A stretch of 64,000 nt of DNA from Phoronis australis. Taxonomy: Eukaryota; Animalia; Phoronida. A model generated the notes under the pieces. The model did not search any database, was not told the origin of the DNA, and saw only the letters and a program-made list of their open reading frames with translations. The first letter of the stretch is position 1. Every line of letters begins with the position of its first letter. The position numbers were made by a program, and so were the translations under genes. The DNA lies in the NCBI GenBank assembly GCA_002633005.1, contig NMRA01000128.1, positions 423,165-487,164 on the forward strand, in the 5' to 3' direction. Positions 52,138 to 64,000 of this stretch are shown here, in pieces.

Positions 52138-52730
52138 CAGTAATGGTTCAGGTAACTGTGAACTATGTTTACGAGGTTATATTCATGCGCAATTGTCTTA
52201 AATTCTCTTAGATCTAACCCCTACAAAGTATATTCTGAAAGGTGTATAAATTTCCTCACAAAATTTATTATTCTTGTTTATCTGCCTTTATTATGTCACG
52301 AGACATGTGCTTTTTTAGTAGTTTTTGTTACTTTAAGTAGAGATATTAAAAATATTGTTCCTCCAATCGTATTGGTCTTTTGTGAACATTTTGATAACGG
52401 CATTTTTGAGGGAAATAGGTCTCAGTTTTCTAATTATTGACTTTTTAGAGCATTTTGACCCAAAGCAGTCGCACTCGTGATTTTTGAAGTCTTTGTTCCG
52501 AAAAACTAGGGGAAACAATATTTTTAAAATCCCTGTTCAAAGTAAAAAAAAATAACTGAAAAAGTCACATCTCGTGACAAAATAAAGACAAGTAAACAAG
52601 AATAGTAAATGTTATTATGAAACTTATTCTTTTTTCAGGAAATATATTCTTTATAGGGGTTAGAGCTAGCGGAATTTAAGATATTTGCACATAAGTACAA
52701 CTTGGTAAACAAGGTTCAAAGCCACTACTG
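52138..52730. mobile_element. Foldback/MITE-like element with long degenerate inverted arms
   Basis: CAGTA..TCTAACCCCTACAAAG..ATTCTTGTTTA..GTCACGAGA mirrored by TCTCGTGAC..TAAACAAGAAT..CTTTATAGGGGTTAGA..TACTG. Confidence 0.7.
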
Positions 52731-54547
52731 AGCAAAAAGTGCGTCAAGGGGTCAACAACTGGCAATCTTTCTGTCGTAGCCTTTACATACAACACAACAC
52801 TTAAAATGCCCAGACAAGCCAGAAGGCGCCATTTTTAAGGAAATTGCCAGTCTTTAACTCAAAACAGACTAAAAAATCAAGCAAATGCCATTCATAGCAT
52901 TCAAAGCAGCACAAAACTTAAAATGTCCACAAAACCCAACAGGCGGCAATTTTTAATGAATTTAGAAAAGGCAAATTCAACCGTGGCTCAACGTGACCGT
53001 TGAATGGGTCCTAACATCAATGCGAGCAACAGCCGAGGTCGACCCAGTTAGTTCACCAGGCATAGGGGAGATGGAGTAGCAAGGATGAAGCAGCAACCGT
53101 TATCGACTTTCCTATCTGCACCACTGGAACTTACTAAGGTCATATATCGAAAGTAGAAGGGCGACGATGTAATCAGATGGGATTTTTCATGTCAAGTTCC
53201 CAAAGGAAGTGGTGATTTTTCCGAATAAAAGCGAAGCATAATTAGTAACTGTAAAATAAGGTCAATATCTGGAAAGGAACAAACAGATTTTACATTCTGT
53301 TTAGTTTTGTTTGTAATTCAAATTTAATTATTTTTTATTAAAATATAATCGTTTCGGTACTGAATTTCACAGAGGCACTCTTGCTTCAAAATTGTGGAGT
53401 GCTACCTGTCAATCAACACCGACCAAAATTACCTCCAGAATAGATTTAACAATAGAAAACGAACCACGGAGAAGGCTCTCCCATAGTAGGGGGTGACTGG
53501 GACGTGATACAGATATTTTCCCTCTCGGGTATCGTGAAATAATCCAACAAAAGATAGTGAATTCAAAATGGCGGCGTGTCTTGCTCGGACCAAGCACCTG
53601 TTTGAGTTTCCGAGAAACAGTCTTGGTATACGATAATGCAGAAGATCCACATTCACTATTCAAGTGGATTCAGTTTTTATAATTGGAGATAGAAACAACA
53701 TGACATGAAAATGGCGTTTATATAAGTTACCCCTATCGTTCCTCAATGTATCCATGCAGCCCATTACCATAATCTTTGTGTTCTCAAACCTTTATTCAGT
53801 GGAAGTAATTGCATGCCGATTATGCAGAAGCAGTTCAACTCTGACCCCTCTAGGTTTATAGCTGCCAAAAGTAAAACTTTCCAGCCTGGGAACAATCTGA
53901 ACTAGACTCTTGCGTAAACGCGGTTAGTGCTTAATGAACAGCATTTCAGTACTTTCAGTATTTTTGCGATAAGTTCGGGTGGCCCTCAATTTTTCAAAAT
54001 CATCGTGTAAATAAAGTGCACTTTTTCATAGGAGATAAAAACAACAACATATTCGGTTCTTTCATAATTTTATTCGCACAAGTGTTCTCCGCCTATATAT
54101 TTAATATCTGTTTATGGTTTTGTACCAAAGCAAGGAATCGTTTAGTTTATGCACAATCAGGTAGGTTCCGGCAGCCGGCTTCAAATTGACTGACAAACTG
54201 ATTCTAATATCTTCTTTAACCAATCGACATAATGAATTCATTTTCACCCTTACCTAATTGCTATTGAGCAGCATGATGGAATGAATGCAGATATCTGACG
54301 AAGTACTGCGCGCAATATCTCAGAGTTGTAATTTACTAAACAGTCTTTGTTCATAACGCACGCGACATCACCAATGACACCAATGAGTTCATTTGCTGTT
54401 CCGCACTCTATCTTACGTTCAAAATGACTTCTCTCTTGTCACGTATTTTCGGCGAAAAGGAAGAAGAGCAATAAAAGACCATTTATCTGAAAGGGCCTCA
54501 GATATTTAATTAAAATGATAGGTATGGTCTCTTAGTGCCTGGATTAT

Positions 54548-55482
54548 CTGTCGATGCCAGCTCCACACATATGACTGTACCCTCTCTGACAGTGAGACCA
54601 CCGGCTACTGGCGTGCCAGTACAGGGTGCCTCGGAGGACGATAATGCGTCGATGTCGAAACTCAGGTGGATTGGTCGATCCATTCTGCAAAAGACAATTA
54701 TTCAGCATAACGAATTATCGAGGTAATGATTTTCGATTATAGATCGCAAGGTCTTTGATTTATTCTTCAAATGTATGATTTACCTTCAGCTTGAATAAGT
54801 AATCGTTTTGTACCCCTGATTGCAGTTATCATTTTCATTTTACATTTTACCCTGGATTTATCAGCTCCAGAGATCTTTTGATGCAATAATGGATTCCGAA
54901 TTTGTCCACCTCGTGCATAGAGAAATATGGAATCTGAAACTTGTTCAGAATGCAGGCCTCGCCTGGGTCCACGTCTCGGATACCAATGTAAGCCAAGCTT
55001 TTGGTGCTTAACATGTAAAGATAAAAAACAATCATCACTTTAATACCTTCGAAACGCTTGATGCAAAAAGTGTATTGGCAAATCTGTGCTAACACACCAT
55101 GGCTTGGCCTAGTGGTGTCATTTAAGTATCCCGGTACTCCTTAGGCACAAAACAAGTTGGAAAAGTAAGCTATTCAAGCACCGAATAACTGGCTTGCTGA
55201 AATTTATTATTATTTGACATTACCTGCCGATAAGAAAATGTAGGTCAAGCCTTGTATGACTGGTGCCACTGAATACGCTCACTTACACAATAGATAGGTA
55301 GAAAGAAAGGAGGGCGGGAGACAGGGAGGGAGGGAGGAAGGAAGAAAGTAAGGATGGATGGATGGAAGGAAGGATAGATGGATGGATGGATGGATGGAAA
55401 GAAAGGAGGGAGGGAGGAAGGAAGTAAGGAAGGAAGTAAGGAAAGAAGGAAGGAAGGCAGGCATGCAGNNNNNNNNNNNNGG

Positions 55483-55515
<33 letters not shown>

Positions 55516-56066
55516 AGGAAGGAGGGAAGGAAGGAAGGAAGGAAGGGAGGAAGATGGATGGATGGATGGATGGATAGATAGATAGATAAACAGAAAGAAA
55601 GAAAGATAGACAGACAGACAGATTGACAGATAGATACATGTAGGGAGAGAGATAGAAAGGTAGATAGACAGATAGGGAAATAGATAGATACAGAGATAGA
55701 TAGCCAGATAGATGGATGGATGGATGGATAGATAAATAATTTAAAACAGGGAAACCATAAGCGACGACTAGTTGTCGCAGAATTGTAAACATTTGCTTAC
55801 ATGGTGTTCACCCATTCAAATCCCGGAAGTCCCGGGACGAAGTCTTTTAATTCATGAAGCAAGAATGACATGGGCATCCCATAAATATTGCCGCTCTTTG
55901 ACGTCAACAGTGTGTTGATATCAGCATGCGCGTCGATCCATACAACACAAGCATCTGGCTTCGCTTACAGGTGACCATGTATACTTCCTATTGCCAGGGA
56001 GTGGTCACCCCCAACAGTTAGAGCAATTTGACCTGACGAAATTGTTTCGAATACCCTTTTTGAAAG
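54548..56066 (-). pseudogene. Arginase pseudogene (three recognisable exons)
   Basis: Exons 56066-55801 ([28 protein letters not shown]), 55012-54851 (AYIGIRDVDPGE), 54684-54548 ([25 protein letters not shown]). In-frame TAA at 55965-55967; catalytic His of SGNLHG is Tyr; acceptor reads CAT at 55013-55015; donor reads AT at 54546-54547; terminal exons not found. Confidence 0.88.
55295..55735. repeat. Compound tetranucleotide microsatellite (GGAT/GGAA/GGCA/GATA/GACA) in the arginase pseudogene intron
   Basis: Direct reading; contains a 12-N gap. Confidence 0.95.
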
Positions 56067-56976
56067 CTGAAAATATAGAAGTGCCCCTGATTAGTACAAT
56101 ACAAACCTGTCAACCCCTTCACAACTTGTCTGAATTAGCTGAAATGGAACGAAAATTTTGAATTGACTGTCATCTCACAACTTTGAATTATATATTACTG
56201 TCGTTCGAGTGTATTTTTCGGAATCGAATGATTCTTGCACTTTTCTGCTGTATTAACTCTCTACAGCTGTTGGAACACAAAAGGGAAACATAGAATGTTG
56301 CTAGAATACACTTGTAATATTCAAAATGCACTTAGAATATTTTACGAGTGCAATTCGATTACTGCCGAATACCATACGAGATCTCATTGCCGGAGTTTCC
56401 TTTGTGGTTCTTCTGTAAATTGGCAGGCTTACTGTGAGCAAGATCATGATCACTGTTAAATCCTGGCAAATGAAACTCGACAATTATGTCTATATCTGAG
56501 AGGCAGGAAGAGGGGATGGGGACTCTGCCTTGGAATCTGAATCTGATTCGATATGTTGTCTGAGCAAATTCAAGTTAAGTTCCAGTGGCAGCTACAGCGT
56601 TTCTTTGCGATCTGAGACGTTCTTAATTTAAATAGCCCCCGACTCATTTGATGGCCAATGGAGGTCCTTCTGGCTGCAATCCAAGTGTCAAGACCTCATT
56701 CGCAGTACATTTCTGATGAACAATTTGATATCGACATAAATTCACTCAGTATTAAGAGATACTTTCAAAGTGCAATCTATCTCATTATTGGGCTCTGCAC
56801 TTCACGTAAGTCGGAATTTTAAATGTTATACCACAATATTAGCCTGGAATGGCTAAGACAACCGTGTAATAACCCATTTAGTTATCTCACTATTTAGATA
56901 ACATTTTTGGCGGCAACCGAGGCCGGTTTCGAACGTACGATTCACAGCTGAAAAGTACTGCCTGTTGTCTTTAATA

Positions 56977-57780
56977 GACCGGCAGCCCAGAGCACTTAGC
57001 ATAGATGAACGAGGTACCAACATCTGACCACGGGAGCATTTAAAGTCCACCTCATTATGTACAGAAATGGACGTCTTCCGTTGTTTGCACTCTGGGTGTG
57101 ACCCCTGGGGGCCTTACAAAGACCCCAAAAAATGAGCTAGACTAGATATTCGAGATACCAACCAAAACTGATTTAAAACGAACAATAATACCGCACTGAA
57201 CACCGAATGACACATGACAGACAAATTGCACTCTGGAATGGGTCCGGCACTGAGAAGCCAAAAAAGGACCCCTCAAAAATGAGCTAGCACATACATTCGA
57301 GGTACCACACAAAACCAATTCCATGTGATTCAATACATGTCACAGATCACTAAAACCCCTATGACAGACAAAATACACTCTGGGTTGTGCCCGGCAGAAA
57401 CCCCCAAAAATCTCAACCATGGTATGCCATCAAAAATTTGAGCTAGACTAGATTTTCGAGGTACCGGCCAAAACTGATTTTAAACGAACAATAGTACCGC
57501 ACTGAACACCAAATGACCCATGACAGACAAATTGCACTCTGGAATGGGTCCGGCAGAAACCAAAAAAGGANCTAGACTAGATTTTCGAAGTACGGGCCAA
57601 AACTTATCTTGAACTTGAACAAACAATAGTACCACACTGAACTCCAAATGACCCATGACAGACAAATTGCACTCTGGAATGGGTCCAGCAGAAACCAAAA
57701 AAGGACCCCCCCCAAAAAAAAAAACAAAAAAAATGAGCTTGCTTATACATTTGAGGTACCTCACAAAACCAGTTCCATGC
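56977..57780 (-). mobile_element. Reverse-oriented copy of the 35696-36240 element, with extra internal units and one TIR
   Basis: TIR GACCGGCAGCCCAGAGCACTTAGCATAG preceded by TA; unit ATGACAGACAAATTGCACTCTGGAATGGGTCC repeated at ~57214, 57520, 57655. Confidence 0.85.
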
Positions 57781-59139
57781 TTATATAGACAGCGTGCTTT
57801 TTGTTTGCTATGTTCCTTATGTATATTCCTTAGTTTTTATCTATTCATGTTAGCCTTATATTCCTCTGGGTTTCAGTTACTATGATTTCGACACCTTGTT
57901 GTGTCGATCTATAATTTTGTTTTGTTTTGTCATGCTGCCTAGCTGTACCACTCCATGTTCGTATATTCCTATTTACATGCTTACTTTTGCCCTCTTTTTC
58001 TTATGGCCCTTTTGGCAGCCTCGCTCGCTCTCTCTTGGGTGGGCGGATGCATCTTTCTGCTGCATCTGTGGCAGATTGTCACACACCTTTACAGTTCAAC
58101 ATATGTAACTTTTGTAATTACCGATATCTGTAGTAGTTTAGTTTGTCATAATATATATGACCTTTTATCTCATCTACACGTGTTGTTTACTGTAAACTAG
58201 CTTCGGTATCGCTTCGCAGTTAGCGCATATAAAAGCTAATAGTTGTGTAGTAACTGCAACCGAAATAGTCCAGAGATTCCAAATCTTCAGTTTGGCTGTC
58301 ACCACATTCGTACTTTTGTATCTATGTTATAAAGATTGAACTTGAACTAATGATATCTGTAGTTTTGTTTGCTGTGAAATGTTTACTGTACCTGTAAAGA
58401 TCCAGGGATGGGTTTACAATGAACTGATTTCTAAGTTTCGCTGGTGATCAAACTCTACGCCACTGTTTTGGTACATTAAACTTAAAACTAAAATAAAAAG
58501 ACAAAAACCCGTTCCCGCCCGGCAAAAAAACAAGTAGACTGAGGTATTAAAATATATAACAAAAACCGGTATGAAACATGTTTTTAAACATTGGTTTTAA
58601 AAAACCAATGTTCCTTTGAGGAGTGGCCCTTTGCCAACTAAGATAAACAAAAATATAATTTACCGTTTTTAGTCCTTATGTAATACTTAAATGAACCAAG
58701 TTAAGATCACTCTCTATTGCAGGCTGTGATTATGTGCAAATGTTAGAGCAATCCAACTTGGGTGTAATAAGAACCATCATTGTTGAGAAAGTAGTGCTAG
58801 CGATCACTTTTTCAAAGCTTAGATGTAGATGAATACAAAGGGCGTGCTGACTAATAAAAGTTGCCTGGGGCAAAGGGAATTTTAGCGGAGATCAGTGTAA
58901 GCGAAAAATTCTACACATGTTTATTTCTAACCAAAATTACTGGTTTATACATTTTGAAAATTCGCCAGTGTGTACAGGCACATAACTGGGCCTTGCTCGC
59001 ACTGGACAATGCGGTCGTCACAACTGTGTCCGACTTAGGCCCCGCTCTCTTTGATCCTGGGGAAAGCCGCTGAGAAAGAGCAGCGGTGAAAATTCCCGCA
59101 TATTTTTAGAAATGGGTTTTTTCCTTGTAAGCGCATTAT

Positions 59140-62100
59140 TCACGGCATAGTTAGTTATTTGTACCATTGACGTAAATCTATGTTTGTACAAACAAGGTAG
59201 AAAATAGGTCAAATGTGTTGTTTACATTGTATGTAAGGTTGTTGGTTTAGGTTTGGGTACCTTTGCATTTATTGTAAGCATACGCCATTTTCTTCAATAT
59301 AACGACGGCTAGGATGAAGAGAGTAGATCGTTTTCTGAAGAATGGATGCAGAAGGTAAACGTCGACTTCAGTTAAACCACGACTACCTTATAAAGAATCT
59401 TAGCGACGTGCATGACATTGCAATAGGCATAGTTTCCAAAACGGGCACTCGTGATCTCGACAAAATTTTAGGCATCCAAAGCGAGGACCGTGAAACATTT
59501 TTGGAATGCTTGCAGAAGATAAAAGGCGGTTATGGAGCTTTCTGTGAGAGTTTAGAAGAACGAAACTTCGGTTGGATAGTGCAAAAATTGAACGAGACAG
59601 ACATCAGTGAAGACGGCCAAACTGTACCAGCAGAAACTCCTTTGAATAGAAGCTTGTCATTACTTGAGTCCAAACGTAAGTAGACCTATTATGGGGAGTT
59701 AAACACAATACTTCACTGTTTAACAGCTGGAAGATTAATGTTTGTGTGTTTTTGCCTGTCTATGCGCCTTTGTCAATATGTTGGCCATCGGTTTTGAACT
59801 GTTTTTCCTCCCGTTTTTCTGTCCAAAGACCAATATTGAAATCAGGCCACTTGTCAAAACAAAATCGGGCTGCCGCAAAACATTATCTTATGGAATTGAA
59901 GCAGTGAGTTCAAACTCATAATTCAAAATTCCTGTCTCGCCAATCTATACTGTAACACTAGTCCACGGTTTCGTGCACTATCTTGAATATTCGAAACCGT
60001 GGACTGGCGTATCCCATAAGCTGTCATGTATCTCATTCGGTGTATCACTTCACACCAATTTGCTGGGATAAGCTATTAAGATACCTAGCATACATGTAGC
60101 CATCTCCGTTGCCAAGTAAAACAACCAGGATAGCGTTCCGTAGACCAACGAATCTCGCGAGTAAAACTAATCTGGTCACGTGTAACGCTTGCAATGCATG
60201 ATGGTATCTCACGAAGTCTTGTGTGACCTTGCATTTTTGCGAGATTCTTTCGTTTAAGAATTGTAGCCCAGAGCATTTCGAGTCAAACGTACCCCAGAAA
60301 AGTGAATGGCTCGACCGCTCCAATTTAAACACGGATCTTCCATCAATTGCCCAACGATGCGTTGTCCTATCATTTCTGCTTTGTGTGCCGAATTCTGAGA
60401 TTGTTTGGAAATGACATCATCGGCTTTTCCGTCCTGGAATGATGTGTTAGTGGAAATTATGTGTTTATTATCCTACTGCATGTTTAATAAACATTATACT
60501 CATAAAGATGGGAAAACTATTCAGTAGTTAAAAAATTGAGAAAAGTCCGAGAGTATAGATATACCTTTTCATTCTTTTTTCAGGAAAGTACTTCCCTAGA
60601 AAAAACGAAAATTTTACTGGCCGAGAAAGGGAGCTTCATCGTCTACATGATGAATTTCACAACTCATCTGCGAAATCTGCAAAACGTCGCTCTCACGGAA
60701 CCAGTCGACAAGTGATGAGGATTCATGGATTAGGGGGTGTTGGTAAATCCCAAATTGCTATTGAGTATATTCATCGTCACCAAGACGAATATCGTCTTAT
60801 TAGATGGATTCGCTCAGGACCGCATTCAATTAGAAACTCCATCATTAAATTTGCAAAAGATCTTGAGGTTAATGTTGAGGAAGTAGTTGACGACAAGGAT
60901 ATTGCTCTTAAAATATCAGATGTTTTATTCACTTATGATTCTTGGCTTCTGGTGTTCGATTACGTAGTGTCGAATGATGATATTAAACCATTCATGCCCG
61001 ACCTGGACCGTCTTAAAGAAGGTCAAAATATCATCATTACTTCGGTTACTCCTCTAGGTACAACTAGTTGCCTCGAAGTGAAGACATTTACGGAGGAAGA
61101 AGCCTATGAATATGTGTCCAGTCGTCTTCCCCATATTGCAAATTCTGACTACAAAAATGTCGAAACAGTTAAAAACCTCACGAAACAGCTTGGTAACTTG
61201 CCCCTTGCCTTGTCACAGGCTATTGCATTCATTAAGTTTTGCTCATGCAACATTGACAAGTATATAAAAATCCTGAGCACCAGTCACGAGTTGCTAGACA
61301 AGAATGTCCACTTTGAAAATCATGCCAAAAAGTCTGTGTATTTCACCCTTATGACTTCCATTCGGAAAATCCTCGATGATCAAAGTTCTTCCATTGGTGA
61401 ACAAGCAGACACGTTACTGAAATGCATATCTTTGTTGGATTCAGAAGATATTCCTTTAAGTTTGTTTGAAGAGGATGGATTTTTTTCAGGGGACATTTTG
61501 AATAAATCTGTAGCAAAGTTGCGGGAATATTCTTTGATCAGTAGCCAACGACCGGGCACCGTGCGTATTCACAAACTTGTCCAAAGAGTTGTTCAAGAGT
61601 ACTTATACAAGTTTGAACAACCAAGTGAAGTTGAACAGATTGGTCTCCGCCTAAAAGCACTCAAACGTCTACCAACGATGTTCAAGAAGAAGTTGCCACG
61701 AGACTGCTCGTGTATTGGTTGGAGGAATGTCAACAGAGATGTCCTTGACACGTTGCAATCTCTGCTTCCGCACGCCAAGTCTCTACTTTGGCATATTGAC
61801 CAGGAACTCGAGGGTCTAAACGAATTGACGCTGCCATCTGAAGACCAACGTACAGATGTGCGTAAGCAACAGGATGACCTAATTCAGTGTAAGGACACGA
61901 TGCTCTTTTTCATTGGATTTTCATATTACTTTCTCCGTGACGCGCTTGAGGCTGCCAGTGCATTTAAAGACCTTGTTCAAGTGCGCTCAGAAACGGGAAA
62001 AGGTGACGATGTGAAAAAGGTCGAGGCGTTGGAGATGTTGGGAATCTGCAACCGACTGTCTCGCAATCACGAAGATTCGGTTGGAAATTTAACAAAAGCT

Positions 62101-64000
62101 TTGGACATTCTTAACAACTTACAGACCAGTAATCACGACCAATTGAGAATTGCCATTATGACGGCTCTTGGCAAAACGCGTTACATAAAGGGCGAGTACC
62201 AAGAATCCTGTCAACTTTTAGAAGAGGCACTGAATCTGCAATCCAGTTTTAGTAAAACATGCCCCGAGAAGAAAAGAGATGTGTCCTGCTGCCTGTTGTC
62301 CTATATTCTCCCTAAGCTTGGTAGCGCTTACCTAGGCGCGGGGAAGTTACCCGAGGCGAGGGTAAAGTTTGAGAAATGCTTAGAGGTGAGACAGAAGCTG
62401 TATTACGAAGGACATATTCTTCTTGCAGCATCGAGGTTCTGTTTGGGAAAGGTGCAACTTCTTTCTAATGACTTTGAGAATGCCCAAGAGTCATTCCAGT
62501 TTTGTCTCGAATGTGCTGAATCTAACTACGGCAAACAGCACTCCTTTGTTGGCAAAGTAAATGCAATTATTGGCAAGTGTTGTATACTGCAAGAAAAATA
62601 CCCTGATGCGTGCAAATCTTTGACCACAGCATTAAAAATCTTAGCATGGAGTTATGGCGAGATGTCNAGGATTACTGATTGATTTTCATAGCATCTGGTG
62701 ATTTTCGAACGAACCGAACTAAATATTCGCTGTGTGTGGTAATTTGTTTTTTGCGTCAGTCATCTGCCTTTCACAAAACTGCGCGTACGATATTGAAAAT
62801 GTCATCATGTGGATTTGTTTCGATGATGGCTTGCAGAAACAATTGGAAGAACTCGACTAGTTCTGGGCCTGCCGCAGTTTTATTTTGTTTACGCGGCTCT
62901 TTATCTTCCAAATGACATAATATGTCTTAATGAAACCCAGCAAATTTGTTTATAATCTTAAGAAAATGACACCTACATATTTCAGGACTATTCTGAAACT
63001 GTGTTGCGTTTCCTAGGGACTACTGGCATTTCATTTGTTTTGCACCCATCTCTTTATCTGCGAAACGGTTCAGTTAAGTTCGACAAATGTTTATAACACA
63101 AAGGACGGCAAGCGGAACCTCCAGTTTCGAACGGCTAGTGTTGTGCTCCATAGAGACATTTTAAATTTTTCAATTCTTTATTGGAAATAATGAAAACCAT
63201 TCAAGAATTTGAGATTGAACTTTTATCTTGTTTTTTTTTTGATTTGACTTAAATACGGTAACAATATTTTGCTTGAGAAGTGCCCATACACCGTTTGCAG
63301 TGCTTGAACGTTGGCTTATTTAAGCGTTTAGCGTTGATCTTGTTGAAAATAGATTTAATCTTTTGCTTCAAGTGTAACACCTGTAACTGTAATGTAAGAC
63401 GCCGGTCATGAGAAGTATTGAGTAGATTGCGTGATAAAAAAATTTGAGTCTACCAAAGTTGTGTTCTGCTGTCTGATGGCAGAAATTATTAATTTCATGT
63501 TTGTTTTGTGGCTTCGTGACATGAGACAAGAACCGTTTTAAATATTACTATATGTTAAAATGCGACCTCTGGTGGCGCTGCTATATGTGCATTGTGTTTT
63601 TTTTAAATATTAGTGTCTTTTGTTATTGTTCGTTACACCTTGGCTACTACGACGCCGATGCGCTATCGTGTCGGCGATGGCAGTGATCTAGAATACAATT
63701 TCCTTTGCAACTCTTTCTTTATTCTCTTGCATTTAACCAATTAAACCCGTGCGCTATACCAAGCAAGGTGGGGCGACTGTTTTATTAAGTGATACCATGT
63801 CAAATTTTACGACTACCGGAAATGCCGCCGGTTCCTAAAAAACGATAAAAATCACACCAAATTACCAGTATTCACCCCAATGCCACTATTTGCATGCGAT
63901 TACTGCGAACTGAGGGACAGTGCATTCCGACTAACAAAACTATCCAGAATGCAGGAATCAAGTGAAATGTGGGTGTCGACCAGCCAGATCTTTTACAAAT
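59140..64000 (+). repeat. Tandem segmental duplicate of ~42830-52090 (upstream flank, exon 1, intron 3' end, exon 2, 3' flank); continues past the window end
   Basis: 62668-64000 aligns almost base for base with ~50758-52088. Upstream flanks share TGTTTGTACAAACAAGGT and TGTTTACATTGTA. Intron interiors do not visibly align. Confidence 0.93.
59342..62666 (+). CDS. CARD/death-fold-like + NB-ARC + TPR protein, copy B; 3' end interrupted at a single N (62667)
   Basis: Exon 59342-59675 (same length and phase as copy A) joins in frame to 60584-62666 (TTTCAG|GA). Same motifs as copy A, no internal stops. About 170 bp present in copy A (last ~32 codons and stop) are missing exactly at the N. Confidence 0.83.

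Noticed and set aside
54546-55015. AT dinucleotides at arginase splice sites as possible U12 introns
   Set aside because: No ATATCCTT donor or branch consensus; better explained as decayed GT/AG sites.
55279-55792. ORFs over the microsatellite
   Set aside because: Translations of tetranucleotide repeats.

Overview
Intron-rich, AT-rich animal (invertebrate-like) genomic DNA from a gapped assembly, not prokaryotic. Genes left to right: ALDH6A1/MMSDH (+; 12 exons visible, first exon not found); pinin PNN (+; last exon runs into a ~990-N gap); ACTMAP/C19orf54 (-; one intron has U12 signals and apparently AT-AT ends); then two tandem paralogues encoding CARD/death-fold-like + NB-ARC (STAND) + TPR proteins (43045-50686 and 59342-~62667), separated by a decayed arginase gene (-). 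Best candidate for new biology is the NLR/Apaf-like pair: the death-fold exons are only ~64% identical in protein with mostly amino-acid-changing substitutions, the NB-ARC-TPR exons are ~94% identical, and both copies have non-canonical Walker B and RNBS-B motifs. Introns and intergenic DNA hold many MITEs, TTAA-flanked Kolobok-like elements, a tRNA-type SINE, LINE and Penelope remnants, and tandem repeats. All identities and counts are by-eye; no searches were run.
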